Shown: in pieces, positions 41,827 to 52,424 of the stretch
How the letters are laid out: each line of letters opens with the position of its first letter
Position numbering within the stretch: the stretch's first letter is position 1
Assembly: GCA_965200155.1 (NCBI GenBank)
Contig: CBDATR010000005.1
Span: 1-64,000 of the forward strand
Length of the DNA: 64,000 bases
Direction of reading: 5' to 3'
Source: Nitrosopumilaceae archaeon
GTDB lineage: Archaea; Thermoproteota; Nitrososphaeria; Nitrososphaerales; Nitrosopumilaceae
Position numbers and translations under genes: made by a program
Notes under the pieces: generated by a model
Databases searched by the model: none
What the model was told of the DNA's origin: nothing
Seen by the model: the letters and a program-made list of their open reading frames with translations, nothing else

Positions 41827-42773
41827 TCAATAGTACGACAAGTAAGTCCGATTAGGATCCGGCGTACAGTAGTTCAGATTGCACAAGCCAGATGGTAAAG
41901 AGAATAACAGAGGAATCAAGACAAAAGAGGCGTTGCCACAACTAAAATAGCTCAAGACCAACATGAGTACAAGACACGTACGAAGATTGTTAACCAGAGA
42001 ACGGGAACGACTCAAGTAAAGATAGGCAGGCCCATGATACTAATCACCGCCACCCAGATACGAATGGTAACTGAAGCAATACAGCAAGGATCCCGCCGGA
42101 GTAGTACGTATTGCAAAGAGGCTTAGATAGAATTACAATATATCGCGTAGTATATCGCATAATGAAAAAGAACGGTACAGCAGGATCATCACCTGCAAAG
42201 TCAGAGTGGGTACACTATGAGCGTAAATATTCCAATGCAATGTGGCACTGGCATGTCATGAAAGATGAGCGCTTCAAGGGACTGAATCTCATAGATGATG
42301 CATCCAGGTGTATAGTCGGGGCGGCACTATTTGAGCATGCAACCTCAGAGAACGCCGTTCTATTACTGAGACTGGCAATGAAACGATTCGGCGCCCCTGC
42401 ATCTCGGATAACGGCGCGTGTTTCGTAGGACAATAAAAGGGCAAAAAGAACTGGAAACCCACTATTCTAGGAAGAACTGCTGGATCAATACATCATACTA
42501 ATCAGTTCCAGACCATGCCACCCGCAGACAAATGGCAAACTGGAGCGCTTCCATGGAATGATTGAGGATAAGATATGGCATTATGACAGTCTCCGGGATT
42601 ATGTGGACTACTACAATGAGAGAAGGTTGCACTTCTCACTGGATATAGATAACGGCGAAACGCTGCTCATGGCCTTTAGGAATAAAAAGGCGACCCAGAC
42701 AATCAGGGCAAATGATGTAAAATGGATGGAGCGAGATACCAATGACTAGCGGACCGACTTTTCATACATTACA
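41827..42773 (+). mobile_element. Non-autonomous IS481-family element, copy 3
   Basis: Same body and ends as copy 1. Confidence 0.88.
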
Positions 42774-43976
42774 TCCGGACTAGAACCAGGCACAACCTAT
42801 ATGGTAAATGTATACGCTGATAACACCAAAGCAATGAGCGTCGGCTCGTTCAACTTTGAAACCAGGGACACGAACCATTCCATTATGATAGAGGACCTGG
42901 ATACCACTGCTATATCGCACCATGCCGCATCCTTCTCGTGGATGGCGAATCATCCGGGTTTCTTTGGGTATAGGGTGACGACTGACTCCAATGATGTTAT
43001 AACACAGGGCCATACAGGTTATTATCAGGCCAATACAACCATTAATCTAGACGTTGACAGCCTGCAACCGGGCACCAACTACAACTTAAAGGTCAGCGCC
43101 CTATATAATGGAACTAATTATGTGGAGGTAGGCTCCGCGACAAAATCATTCTCCACTACTAATCCTCCACTGGCAGACCTTGCCGTACACAAGACATTCT
43201 CTACTCATGTAGATTTAACGTGGACCGCAATATCCAGGCAGTCTGAGTATATTGTGAAGGTAACGGATTCATCCGGTCATGTAACGAGTCATACAACACA
43301 CCACGCCCCGGCCGATTCCATTGTTAAATATAGATTATATGGACTTGAACCATGTCAATCTTATACTGTAATGGTATCGGCCCCATCTCACCCGGTTACC
43401 GGTCCGGCTACGGATTCAGACCCAATCACATTCTCCACTTGGAATACTAAACCAATACGTAGTACAGACAAAGTGTCACGTGTTGGCTACTGCTATTTAG
43501 ATGAGAGTAGTATCACAATACATTGGGACCGGTATGAGAATGGTAATAGCTATGTGGTGTTTCTAACAGGGAACGATGGCGATACGACCAGACATGTGGC
43601 AAATGGAATCTCACATACTATACATGATTTGATACCAGGTACCACGTATAGAGTTGAGGTCCAGCTAAATGGTAATGAAAATACAAAGTCACACAAGATA
43701 CATTTCACTCCCTCATTCCCGACACATATGTGGGGACTTGTAGTGACTAGTAAAACTGATGGTGCTACTGCTTCCTGGCAGAAATATGGTGATACAAACG
43801 ACTATGTGATTCGCGTGAATGATTCCAATGGCGCAAGAGTACTCGTGAATCATGTTGCCGGAACCACTCATACTATAACAGGCTTGGATTCAGATACCTC
43901 ATACCAGGTACTAGTCCGGCTCAAGGGTGACACTACTATGTTCTCAAATACCAAGACATTCACGACACTCCAGTAA
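42774..43976 (+). CDS. Fibronectin type III repeat protein, 5'-truncated by IS481
   Basis: Repeats LQPGTNY, LEPCQSY, LIPGTTY, LDSDTSY; frame reads SGLEPGTTY from the IS end to ATG 42801; no signal peptide. Confidence 0.85.
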   Translation, partial: SGLEPGTTYMVNVYADNTKAMSVGSFNFETRDTNHSIMIEDLDTTAISHHAASFSWMANHPGFFGYRVTTDSNDVITQGHTGYYQANTTINLDVDSLQPGTNYNLKVSALYNGTNYVEVGSATKSFSTTNPPLADLAVHKTFSTHVDLTWTAISRQSEYIVKVTDSSGHVTSHTTHHAPADSIVKYRLYGLEPCQSYTVMVSAPSHPVTGPATDSDPITFSTWNTKPIRSTDKVSRVGYCYLDESSITIHWDRYENGNSYVVFLTGNDGDTTRHVANGISHTIHDLIPGTTYRVEVQLNGNENTKSHKIHFTPSFPTHMWGLVVTSKTDGATASWQKYGDTNDYVIRVNDSNGARVLVNHVAGTTHTITGLDSDTSYQVLVRLKGDTTMFSNTKTFTTLQ

Positions 43977-43998
43977 CTTGCAATTACAAAGAATGGGT

Positions 43999-44128
43999 GT
44001 GTGAGTTCACGTCTTGGAACGTAACCGGTTACTCCAATCTTATGCACAAAATAGTAACCGGTTACTCTTTAACTGTCGCGATCAGTTATAGAATGACCCG
44101 TTCCATTTAGACACAGGTGAACTCATAC
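43999..44128 (+). mobile_element. MITE-A variant with three palindromic cassettes
   Basis: 130 bp, TIRs retained, no TSD. Confidence 0.85.
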
Positions 44129-44292
44129 CGCGCAAGACTGCCACCACTCATGATGAACGTCAATAACGAACTACAGAATCATGGAACTACAGGTGGTGAG
44201 AAGTGGATGACTGGTGAATAATACATGATTCGCGGTGTACCTGTTCGCCATGCTGGATTCTGGTTGGATAAGATGGTTGCCACACTTGAGCA

Positions 44293-44541
44293 GGAAATTA
44301 TATACGAAAGTAGCACTGCAGTAGGGCTTTCACTAGAATAATGATTTCCAGTCCAGGAATGGCGGCATAGTTACAATAAGTCGTGTAACAAGTTCAACCA
44401 GGGAACCGGTTCTATTCCATGGAATGGTGAATCATTCTAGTTACGCGTAGCGCCATTCTTGGACTGGAACGGGTTACATTCCATTTTCGTCCCTAGTTGG
44501 AGCGATACGCTTCTCCTGTGCTACTTTCGTATATAATTCCC
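44293..44541. mobile_element. MITE-B copy 2
   Basis: 24-bp TIR with 1 mismatch. Confidence 0.8.
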
Positions 44542-44649
44542 TGATGATTGGTACTGTTAGTGTGTGTAATCTAGTGGAGTGAAATCTTACCCCCTGGATT
44601 ATCTGTTGTATATCCCTACCTTTTAATGGGCAGTGCCATATCATAAATT

Positions 44650-45165
44650 GTGCAAAGACCCACGTTGATACTGCTGGGCATGGCTGCCCTACTTGCTGCT
44701 GGTATGGGTCTGTCTATTTACTCCACCCAGGTAGTCTTTGATACCCTGTCCATGTCACAGAACTCCGTTGAACTAGGTGTTCCACTGAGTATATCCTCGG
44801 ACATACCCCCCGGTGAAGGCGTGTTTGCAGTGGAGATCATAGACTATACTGAGGGCATGAGGCTGAATGCCCAAGTTTTGGGCCCCTTGGGCTCATCGAT
44901 GCGGTCTGTTACCATAGATGATTCTGTATACCAGGATGTCTTTATCGTAGATGAGCAACACCAGTACACGCTGGTACTGGAATCTGACTACTCTGAGTCC
45001 ATAAACGTGGTGGCTGTCATAGGACCTGCCCCGGATGCAGCCCAGAATACACTGGGATTTGTATCACTATACATGCTACTGGTAGGCGTGGTGGGGATGA
45101 TTGCCTCTACCGTATATGTAATAATACTGCGTCGGCGTTCTGACAGGCCGCGTCTGGGCTATTAG
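44650..45165 (+). CDS. Hypothetical membrane protein
   Basis: N- and C-terminal TM helices. Confidence 0.75.
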   Translation: MQRPTLILLGMAALLAAGMGLSIYSTQVVFDTLSMSQNSVELGVPLSISSDIPPGEGVFAVEIIDYTEGMRLNAQVLGPLGSSMRSVTIDDSVYQDVFIVDEQHQYTLVLESDYSESINVVAVIGPAPDAAQNTLGFVSLYMLLVGVVGMIASTVYVIILRRRSDRPRLGY

Positions 45166-45173
45166 GCATTGTT

Positions 45174-45470
45174 CTAGTTAAGGTACGAGTCCATCTCTGT
45201 AACGCTGTCTATTATGCCGTTGTAGTTTTCCTCATTTTCCATTAGTGATGCCAGCTTTTCTGCGTCTGCTGTTAGCATATCGTCATTTCGTATAATGAAG
45301 CCATGCTCTATCATGTATCCCAGTTTGTCCTCAATCTCGTTCATGTCCAGTCCGTACTTGTCCATCAGGTATCCCATATTCTTGGGTCCGCTCTCCAGTT
45401 CTGCTATTATGGGGCCTGTAACCTCGTCTAGCATACACTCCATGAGCTTCTCTGCATCATATGCTGTCAT
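45174..45470 (-). CDS. Hypothetical wHTH-like protein
   Basis: Acidic 98-aa ORF coupled to the VWA gene. Confidence 0.65.
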   Translation of the reverse strand: MTAYDAEKLMECMLDEVTGPIIAELESGPKNMGYLMDKYGLDMNEIEDKLGYMIEHGFIIRNDDMLTADAEKLASLMENEENYNGIIDSVTEMDSYLN

Positions 45471-46713
45471 GATGTTTTATCATGGTACGTCTCATATATG
45501 ATGTTACCAGCCTGCCCATGTCATCCTGGACATGAAAGTATGTGCCGCCCAGCTGGTGTGCTAGGTTGTCGGCATACTCCATGAGCTCGTCCTCGTCACT
45601 TATTACCACAATCTCTATCCCCATTCCGTCCCGCTGGCATCTCTTGCCCTCCGTGAGCGTTCTTTGGTGTACCTGTTCGTCCACTTTCTTGTACCTGTAG
45701 CATAGGTAAACCTGCCGGTCCGGGGCCGTATCCAGTCTCATACTCTTCTCCTGCATGACATCGTGTATGGTGTCTTTCTCTGGTGTGTAAAAGTTGGCGT
45801 AGGGTTTGGTTGTCCTGATTCCGTCCCGCTGGTACTGGTTTTCCACGTAACACGCGCTGGGTTGCCCGTCGGTTATGAGCACTATTCTCTTGTTCTGTAC
45901 TGGCTCGGCTGCCAGAATGCCATGTGCCAGCCGGAGAGCTGCCTGGTAGTTGGTGTAGTGCAGAAAATCGTTGGCATCAAAGGTACGCAGGTATGGTATG
46001 TCCCGGGGGTTTATGCGCGCGGCCATACTGGCAAATCCTATGACATGTACGGAGTCCCGGGGGAAGTACTTTGTATTGGCCATGTACAGTCCCCAGAGTG
46101 CCTTCTTTGCGGCCCTTATTCGGCTGATGCCATTGGTCTTGGTCTTCATGGTGGAGCTGAGATCTATGCAGTATACGATGGCAGCCATGGCGTCTGCCTC
46201 CGTCTCGTACTCTTCAATGTCATCTGGCAATATGCCCAGGGGTCTTCCCCGCCGGGCGGCATTCAGCAGGGTATCCTGTGCGCTTATGTGCATAATATCC
46301 TCTCCGGGCTCAAACTTTCTGGTAGACTCAAGTACACTCTCTCCTGCTCCTTTGGCATTGATACGGTGATCCCCTGCATCCTTGGGTTCCACGTTCCTCA
46401 TTATCTCCCTAAGGATGGCATCTCCCACCAACTCAAAACCGTGATGGGCCAGCCACTTTTTCTTATCCCTGATGTATCCCTGATCCTTTAGCCTCTTTAT
46501 GATGACCTCCACTCCCTCCTGTACTACTGCATCATCATTGGTATCCTGCATTACCTGCTGGCGCAGATCCCTTTTTACATCATCAAGTCCTGCCTCCCGG
46601 TCGCTCAGCGCATGATTGGACAGTATTCCCAGGAAATTCTCGTCACTGGGCGAGTCCTTTGGCTGCGCATTGATGTTTGGCTTTGCCCTGACATATGTCC
46701 TAGATTGCCACAT
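45457..46713 (-). CDS. VWA-domain protein
   Basis: MIDAS motif DLSSTM, TNYQAAL, ITDGQP. Confidence 0.88.
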   Translation of the reverse strand: MWQSRTYVRAKPNINAQPKDSPSDENFLGILSNHALSDREAGLDDVKRDLRQQVMQDTNDDAVVQEGVEVIIKRLKDQGYIRDKKKWLAHHGFELVGDAILREIMRNVEPKDAGDHRINAKGAGESVLESTRKFEPGEDIMHISAQDTLLNAARRGRPLGILPDDIEEYETEADAMAAIVYCIDLSSTMKTKTNGISRIRAAKKALWGLYMANTKYFPRDSVHVIGFASMAARINPRDIPYLRTFDANDFLHYTNYQAALRLAHGILAAEPVQNKRIVLITDGQPSACYVENQYQRDGIRTTKPYANFYTPEKDTIHDVMQEKSMRLDTAPDRQVYLCYRYKKVDEQVHQRTLTEGKRCQRDGMGIEIVVISDEDELMEYADNLAHQLGGTYFHVQDDMGRLVTSYMRRTMIKHHDSI

Positions 46714-48259
46714 AGTGTTTATCCCGCCGTTCCAGCACCTGCGGTTCAGTCCAGCACAGCCTCTCTAGTACCATCTCGGTGGCCACTGCGTTGATACCGT
46801 CAGTATGCGTGACGGATTGGGTATTGCGGGACCATGATTTCATATCTTTTACAACATCTCTTATCATATCTGTAAGGTGGGGAAATGACTCCAGCTGCTT
46901 ACTGTATGAGTCCGTGCCGGTCTGCCATGATATCTTTTGCGATACCACAAAGGACTTTTCTGCGAACTCGGCTTTTATGTCACCATGTTTGGGCGGTTCA
47001 AGATCAGTGTGGGAATTTTTTATGGCCTCGAAGCTGGCTTCCTGCAGTACCCTCTTCCGGTTCTGCAATGTGTTCTCAATCTCCAAAAGCTCGAATCTGG
47101 CCACCTGCGATAGGCAGTCAAAGTCCGACGGTCTGGGACAGGGTATCTCATGTGGCCGTACTCTCTGCGCTTCGGATACCAGCAGTTCCAGCCCATGGAT
47201 GCCCATTCTGACACTCACGCCCTTGTCCCGGTTTATCAGGGGACTCTTTCTTATGGTGCGTACAGTCTTGGCTAGCAGGAGCAATACGTCTTCGGTTATA
47301 TGACAGCCATGCAGGTTTGACTCCTGAAGTATTATTACCATTTCGTCATCGATGGTATCCGGGTGTCTGGTATGTATGTGGCTGCGCAACCGGTCATAGA
47401 GGGGCTCGATTATACGTCCTGAGTGGGTGTAGTCTACGGGGTTGGCAGTGGCCACAAGGGCGCACCTTGGCCTAAATATTACAGGATATGCTCCTGTGGT
47501 GAACCTGCCCTCCTGTAGTACAGAAAGCAGCGTAACCTGTTTTCGCGGATCCAGGACTGGCAGCTCGTCCATGCAAAAGATACCGTGCTTTGATTGCATC
47601 AGCTGGCCGGGAGTATAGGACTCTATGTCATACATCTCCACCCCTCTCTGGGTGATCTTTACCGCGTCCACGTACCCTACCAGATCCCTGGACGTAATGT
47701 CTGGAGTACCCACAACAAATCTGGATCTGGAGTATCCATCAATCCATCTTATTGGTGTGTCCAGCCTGTTGTCCCGTATGGATTTCTCTGTTTCGGGACT
47801 TGTGTGAAAGGTGGGTATATGACTGACATACTGCTCATCATCTAGAAGGGCGATAAGATACTCTTTGGGCATATCCATGGGCGTGTCATTAGTGAGACTT
47901 CCCATGACTATGGGCATTGGAGAGAGGAGATGTCTGGCCATGGTCTCCGCTATGCGGGTCTTGGCTTGACCCATCTGCCCCACCAGTATAATGTCATGCC
48001 CTGCCAGTATGGCGCGATCAAGCGCGGGAGTCACGTCCTGCTCATATCCTATAATGCCTGGGTATCTGTCCTCGCCGGTTTTTATGTGGTTCATAAGATT
48101 CCGGCGTAATTGCTCCCTTACACTTACTACCTTGTAGTTTATGCTCAAAAGATCCCCCAACGTCCTGATGTCCTGGTACCTCTCCGGCACTCCTGGCATC
48201 ACCTCATCGTATTTGGGCGGCGCCTGGTAGCTGGTATTCACAGTATCTGCGTGACCCAT
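46700..48259 (-). CDS. AAA+ ATPase (chelatase/MoxR-like)
   Basis: GQMGQAKT, CMDELP, ATANP, PLYDR; paired with the VWA gene. Confidence 0.88.
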   Translation of the reverse strand: MGHADTVNTSYQAPPKYDEVMPGVPERYQDIRTLGDLLSINYKVVSVREQLRRNLMNHIKTGEDRYPGIIGYEQDVTPALDRAILAGHDIILVGQMGQAKTRIAETMARHLLSPMPIVMGSLTNDTPMDMPKEYLIALLDDEQYVSHIPTFHTSPETEKSIRDNRLDTPIRWIDGYSRSRFVVGTPDITSRDLVGYVDAVKITQRGVEMYDIESYTPGQLMQSKHGIFCMDELPVLDPRKQVTLLSVLQEGRFTTGAYPVIFRPRCALVATANPVDYTHSGRIIEPLYDRLRSHIHTRHPDTIDDEMVIILQESNLHGCHITEDVLLLLAKTVRTIRKSPLINRDKGVSVRMGIHGLELLVSEAQRVRPHEIPCPRPSDFDCLSQVARFELLEIENTLQNRKRVLQEASFEAIKNSHTDLEPPKHGDIKAEFAEKSFVVSQKISWQTGTDSYSKQLESFPHLTDMIRDVVKDMKSWSRNTQSVTHTDGINAVATEMVLERLCWTEPQVLERRDKHYVAI

Positions 48260-48354
48260 CAGGCATGTCCGGTGATGCGGGATTTTTAATGTTCCCGAGA
48301 TGCTCTGGCAAACAGCGCAAAGCGCTTATTTCCCCCGTATGATCACACGTATGT

Positions 48355-48996
48355 ATGAAAATCTCGGTAGATCAGATGTACCGCATAGAGAACGCGGGTC
48401 ATGACTTGGGATTCCACAAGCAGTACATGATGGAAAATGCCGGTGCCGCCGCCGTTAGGAGACTCCTGGAGCGGGTGGGTGATGTGGTATCAAAGAGCAT
48501 ACTGGTGCTGGCGGGCATGGGTAATAATGGCGGGGATGGCCTGGTCATGGCTAGGCACTTGGCCGGATATGGGGCGCAAGTGTATGTAGTACTAATGGGA
48601 AAGCCCGAGAACATAAGGACTGTGGAATGCAAGGCCAATTATGCCATACTACAAAAGATGCCCTCTGTGACCATACTGCCTGCACTGGATGTCTCGCTGG
48701 TCTATGATATACTGGTTGATGCGCTTTTGGGTACCGGAATTTCCGGAGATATCCGGGAGCCCTATAGCACAGCCATCGCATACATAAACAAGTCTGACTC
48801 CTTCAAGATAGCGGTGGATGTTCCTTCCGGCCTTGATCCCGACAACGGGAGTGTGGCCAATATTCATGCGAGTGCACACATGACCGTTACCTTTCATCGC
48901 ATGAAGCGCGGGATGACCGGACACTCCGAGATAACCGGTCCCATACATGTGGAGAGAATCGGGATACCTCCGGATGTGGAGGATGATATACTGTGA
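48355..48996 (+). CDS. nnrE: NAD(P)H-hydrate epimerase
   Basis: MMENAG, GNNGGDG, DALLGTG, VDVPSG. Confidence 0.92.
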   Translation: MKISVDQMYRIENAGHDLGFHKQYMMENAGAAAVRRLLERVGDVVSKSILVLAGMGNNGGDGLVMARHLAGYGAQVYVVLMGKPENIRTVECKANYAILQKMPSVTILPALDVSLVYDILVDALLGTGISGDIREPYSTAIAYINKSDSFKIAVDVPSGLDPDNGSVANIHASAHMTVTFHRMKRGMTGHSEITGPIHVERIGIPPDVEDDIL

Positions 48997-49598
48997 TTGT
49001 GCATCAAATACTGGTGGGGAGGATGCAGAATTTCACATACGTCATATATGATGAGGATACCTCTGCCGCCATAGTACTGGATCCATCTTGGGATCTGGAC
49101 AAGGTGCAGAATATACTGGAGCAGCATAAACTCAAGACAAAATACATTGTAAACACGCACAATCACTTTGATCACACATTGGGTAACCAGGCACTGGCAA
49201 AGTCCCTGGGTGTCAGTATACTACAGCACCCGGCATCCGGCCTGCCCCACGACACGGACATAAACGACGGTGATTCCATAAAGTTTGGTAAGTCATCCCT
49301 CGCCGTACTACACACCCCGGGTCACTCTCAAGACAGTATATGCTTGGTGGGTGACGGCAAGGTATTCACCGGCGATACATTATTTGTCGGCAGCTGCGGC
49401 CGCGTAGACCTTCCTGGAGGTAGCGCCGAGGATTTGTATGATTCGCTCTTTGGTATAGTGGCAAAATTGGACGGTTCCCTAGTGGTCTATCCCGGTCACA
49501 ACTACGGCCCTACCGCGACCTCTACAATATCGCGCGAGGTGGACTCAAACCCGGTACTCCAGTACAGAACCAAACAAGACTTTCTCTCTCTCATGTAA
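48993..49598 (+). CDS. MBL-fold metallo-hydrolase (glyoxalase II-like)
   Basis: THNHFDH, HTPGH, GDTLF, PGH. Confidence 0.9.
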   Translation: MIVHQILVGRMQNFTYVIYDEDTSAAIVLDPSWDLDKVQNILEQHKLKTKYIVNTHNHFDHTLGNQALAKSLGVSILQHPASGLPHDTDINDGDSIKFGKSSLAVLHTPGHSQDSICLVGDGKVFTGDTLFVGSCGRVDLPGGSAEDLYDSLFGIVAKLDGSLVVYPGHNYGPTATSTISREVDSNPVLQYRTKQDFLSLM

Positions 49599-49601
49599 AT
49601 T

Positions 49602-50660
49602 ATGCTTGGTATCTCTTTTCATACAGGACGGGATCAGTCTCTGTCCATACTGGAGTCTGTGGTGCGCGGCCGGACCATGTTTGTGTTGGTACTCTCATAC
49701 ACTCACACCTCGGAGATTCCCGGAATCACCATAGCAGGAGCGGATCCTGAATCCATAAAGTACACACCACCCGCGGATGCCGAGTACATCCAGCTTGGTC
49801 ACTGCAAGTGCATTCCCGGCATACCTATGACACCTGACGGCAAGCCCACCCCTGCACTACTGACAAGAACCGCCCTGCAGCTCTCCGGAATACCATTCCT
49901 GGCCGTGGACGCGGGTGGACTTGTGCCGCCCCAGATACCGCACATACGTACGTACTTAGAACCGGGCCATAACATAGCACAAGGTCCTTCCATGACAGTA
50001 CAACAGGCTAGGCAGGCCATGGCCAGCGGTCAATACCTTGGTGATATGCTCTCTGCAGTGTGCGACTGCATAGTACTTGGTGAGTCCATCCCTGGCGGGA
50101 CCACCACGGCACTAGCTACCATGCACGGCCTGAACCTGCCTGCCAGGGTAAGCTCCAGCATGCCTGACAATCCTCATGCAGTAAAGGATGATGTAGTGCG
50201 CGCCGCCCTGGGGCGACTGGGGATGGATGACTATGTACGGGTAGCCTCCCAGACATCGGACCCAATGCTGCTCTTTGTATCCTCGATGCTTGCCTCTGCA
50301 TCCCGTTCATCGAACGTAATTTTGGCAGGCGGCACACAGATGCTTGCGGTTTTGGCATTATCCTCCAAGATTGGGTTTGATGCTACCCGTACGGCTCTGT
50401 GTACCACCTCTTATGTCTTGCAGGATCCCGGGGTAGGGTTTGTAGAGCAGGCGGCAGCCATATCTCCCATATCTGTAATGTCGGTGGATCCGGAACTGCA
50501 ACACTCCGGGTACTCCGGTCTACAGTCCTATGCCAATGGATTTGCCAAGGAAGGCGCCGGAGCTGGAGGCGCCCTGGCATCTGCCATGGTCAAGCTAGAC
50601 ATGACTCCCTCAGACATGTTATTGTATATCGATGGGGAGTATTCCCGTATATGCGCGTGA
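49602..50660 (+). CDS. cobT: Archaeal nicotinate-nucleotide:DMB phosphoribosyltransferase (CobT)
   Basis: TPPADAE, GESIPGGTTTA, LAGGTQM, KEGAGAGG. Confidence 0.85.
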   Translation: MLGISFHTGRDQSLSILESVVRGRTMFVLVLSYTHTSEIPGITIAGADPESIKYTPPADAEYIQLGHCKCIPGIPMTPDGKPTPALLTRTALQLSGIPFLAVDAGGLVPPQIPHIRTYLEPGHNIAQGPSMTVQQARQAMASGQYLGDMLSAVCDCIVLGESIPGGTTTALATMHGLNLPARVSSSMPDNPHAVKDDVVRAALGRLGMDDYVRVASQTSDPMLLFVSSMLASASRSSNVILAGGTQMLAVLALSSKIGFDATRTALCTTSYVLQDPGVGFVEQAAAISPISVMSVDPELQHSGYSGLQSYANGFAKEGAGAGGALASAMVKLDMTPSDMLLYIDGEYSRICA

Positions 50661-50666
50661 TGTGTT

Positions 50667-52424
50667 CTATCTTACGGTGACAGACTTTGCTAAATTTCTG
50701 GGATAGTCGGGATCCGACTCCCGGGCTAGGGCGGTATAATATGCCAGCAGCTGGGATACCGTTACCTCCGCAAAGGAGTATGACACCTCGTCGCCTTGGG
50801 GTATGCTTATCCAGTGATCGTATACGGGATTATTCCTGTCCGAGACGCCTATTATGCGCCCGCCTCGAGCCTTGACCTCCCTGACTCCTAGCAGCATATC
50901 ACCATAGGTGGAGTCATATGGGTTCATGACCATTACGAAACTGTCCTTGTCTATGAGAGCCAGCGGTCCGTGTTTCATCTCCCCTCCGGCCAGCCCTTCT
51001 GCATGAATATATGTGAGCTCCTTTATCTTTAGGGCCGACTCCACTGCCACCGGATAGTGGGGACCTCTTCCCAGTATGTAAATGTCCTTTGTGTCCTTGA
51101 TATGACCTGCCACATTCCTTATGGCATCCTTGTTACATATTACCGATGATATGGACCCGCTTATGTGGTTCACGTCTATACCTGTGTCCTCCGCTATTTC
51201 CTGGGCTATGTGGAGCATTACCATGTACTGGGCGCAAAAGCTCTTGGTGGCAGCTACGCCTATCTCCGGCCCGCAATCCATGTGTATTATCATATCGGAT
51301 ATCCTGGCTAGCGATGAGTTTGCAGAGTTGAGCAGGCCCACAATGACGCATCCTGCCTTCTTGGCAATAGTGGCTGCTTCCAATACATCTGCACTCTCGC
51401 CGCTCTGGGATATGGCTAGCATAACTGTTCCAGACTTTAGCACTCTTGCCTCCGAGTACATCTCGCTTGAGAGTATGACCTCCATTCGTGTACCTGCAAA
51501 ACGCGCCAGCGCATGCTTTCCCATGAGGGCTGCGTTGTAGCTGGTACCACTGCCTGTGGCATAGACTCCTCCGGTTCTCTTTATTATTTCTGACACTTTT
51601 TTTATCTCCTGTGCCGATGAGTCGCCTGCCCTAAGCACTGCCTGTGGCTGCTCCTCTATCTCTTTTATGGTGTGGTGTATGTGCTCTCCCTTGTCAATGT
51701 CAACAAGCTCTTTTGATACGGTGGTGATGTGACGTGGTATGCGCCTACCGCCAAAGTCCATGAGTGTGGCATTGTCATCCTGTATTGTGACACAGGTCCC
51801 GCTCTCCATGTATATTGCCTGGTCCGTATGATCAATGAACCCCAGCACGTCACTGGATAGGAACAGGCCATCCTGGGCTATTCCGAGTATGAGCGGTTCG
51901 CCGTGCTTGGCAGCAACCATGCTCCCGTCTGAGATCATGGCTATAAACGCGTAATGTCCGTTTATCTCGGATACAGTATTCAGTAATGAGGCCTTGGCGT
52001 CTTTGGTGATGTCATAGTGGCGCTGTAGGAGGTTGGCTATAACCTCGCTATCTGTCTCGCTACAGAATGTATAGCCTGATCTCTCCAACGACTCCCGGAG
52101 GGACTGGTAATTCTCTATAGTTCCATTATGCACTATGGCAATATTTCCGCTACTACTCATGTGAGGGTGCGCGTTAGTATCATTCACTGCCCCATGCGTA
52201 GCCCAGCGTGTATGTCCCACGCCCATAATGCCCTTCATCTGGCTCATATGCATTCTTTGGCTCACCTCCTGGACCCTGCCCACGCCCTTTCTTAGGCATA
52301 TTTCCTCGTTATGCTTTGTGGCAATACCCACGCTGTCGTATCCCCGGTACTCCATGCGACCAAGCGCATTCACCATTATGGGTGCGGCGCCATCGGCGCC
52401 AAGATATCCTATTATCGAGCACAT
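50667..52424 (-). CDS. glmS: Glutamine-fructose-6-phosphate aminotransferase
   Basis: MCSIIG, EYRGYDS, HTRWATHG, SQSGES, PRNLAKSVT. Confidence 0.97.
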   Translation of the reverse strand: MCSIIGYLGADGAAPIMVNALGRMEYRGYDSVGIATKHNEEICLRKGVGRVQEVSQRMHMSQMKGIMGVGHTRWATHGAVNDTNAHPHMSSSGNIAIVHNGTIENYQSLRESLERSGYTFCSETDSEVIANLLQRHYDITKDAKASLLNTVSEINGHYAFIAMISDGSMVAAKHGEPLILGIAQDGLFLSSDVLGFIDHTDQAIYMESGTCVTIQDDNATLMDFGGRRIPRHITTVSKELVDIDKGEHIHHTIKEIEEQPQAVLRAGDSSAQEIKKVSEIIKRTGGVYATGSGTSYNAALMGKHALARFAGTRMEVILSSEMYSEARVLKSGTVMLAISQSGESADVLEAATIAKKAGCVIVGLLNSANSSLARISDMIIHMDCGPEIGVAATKSFCAQYMVMLHIAQEIAEDTGIDVNHISGSISSVICNKDAIRNVAGHIKDTKDIYILGRGPHYPVAVESALKIKELTYIHAEGLAGGEMKHGPLALIDKDSFVMVMNPYDSTYGDMLLGVREVKARGGRIIGVSDRNNPVYDHWISIPQGDEVSYSFAEVTVSQLLAYYTALARESDPDYPRNLAKSVTVR

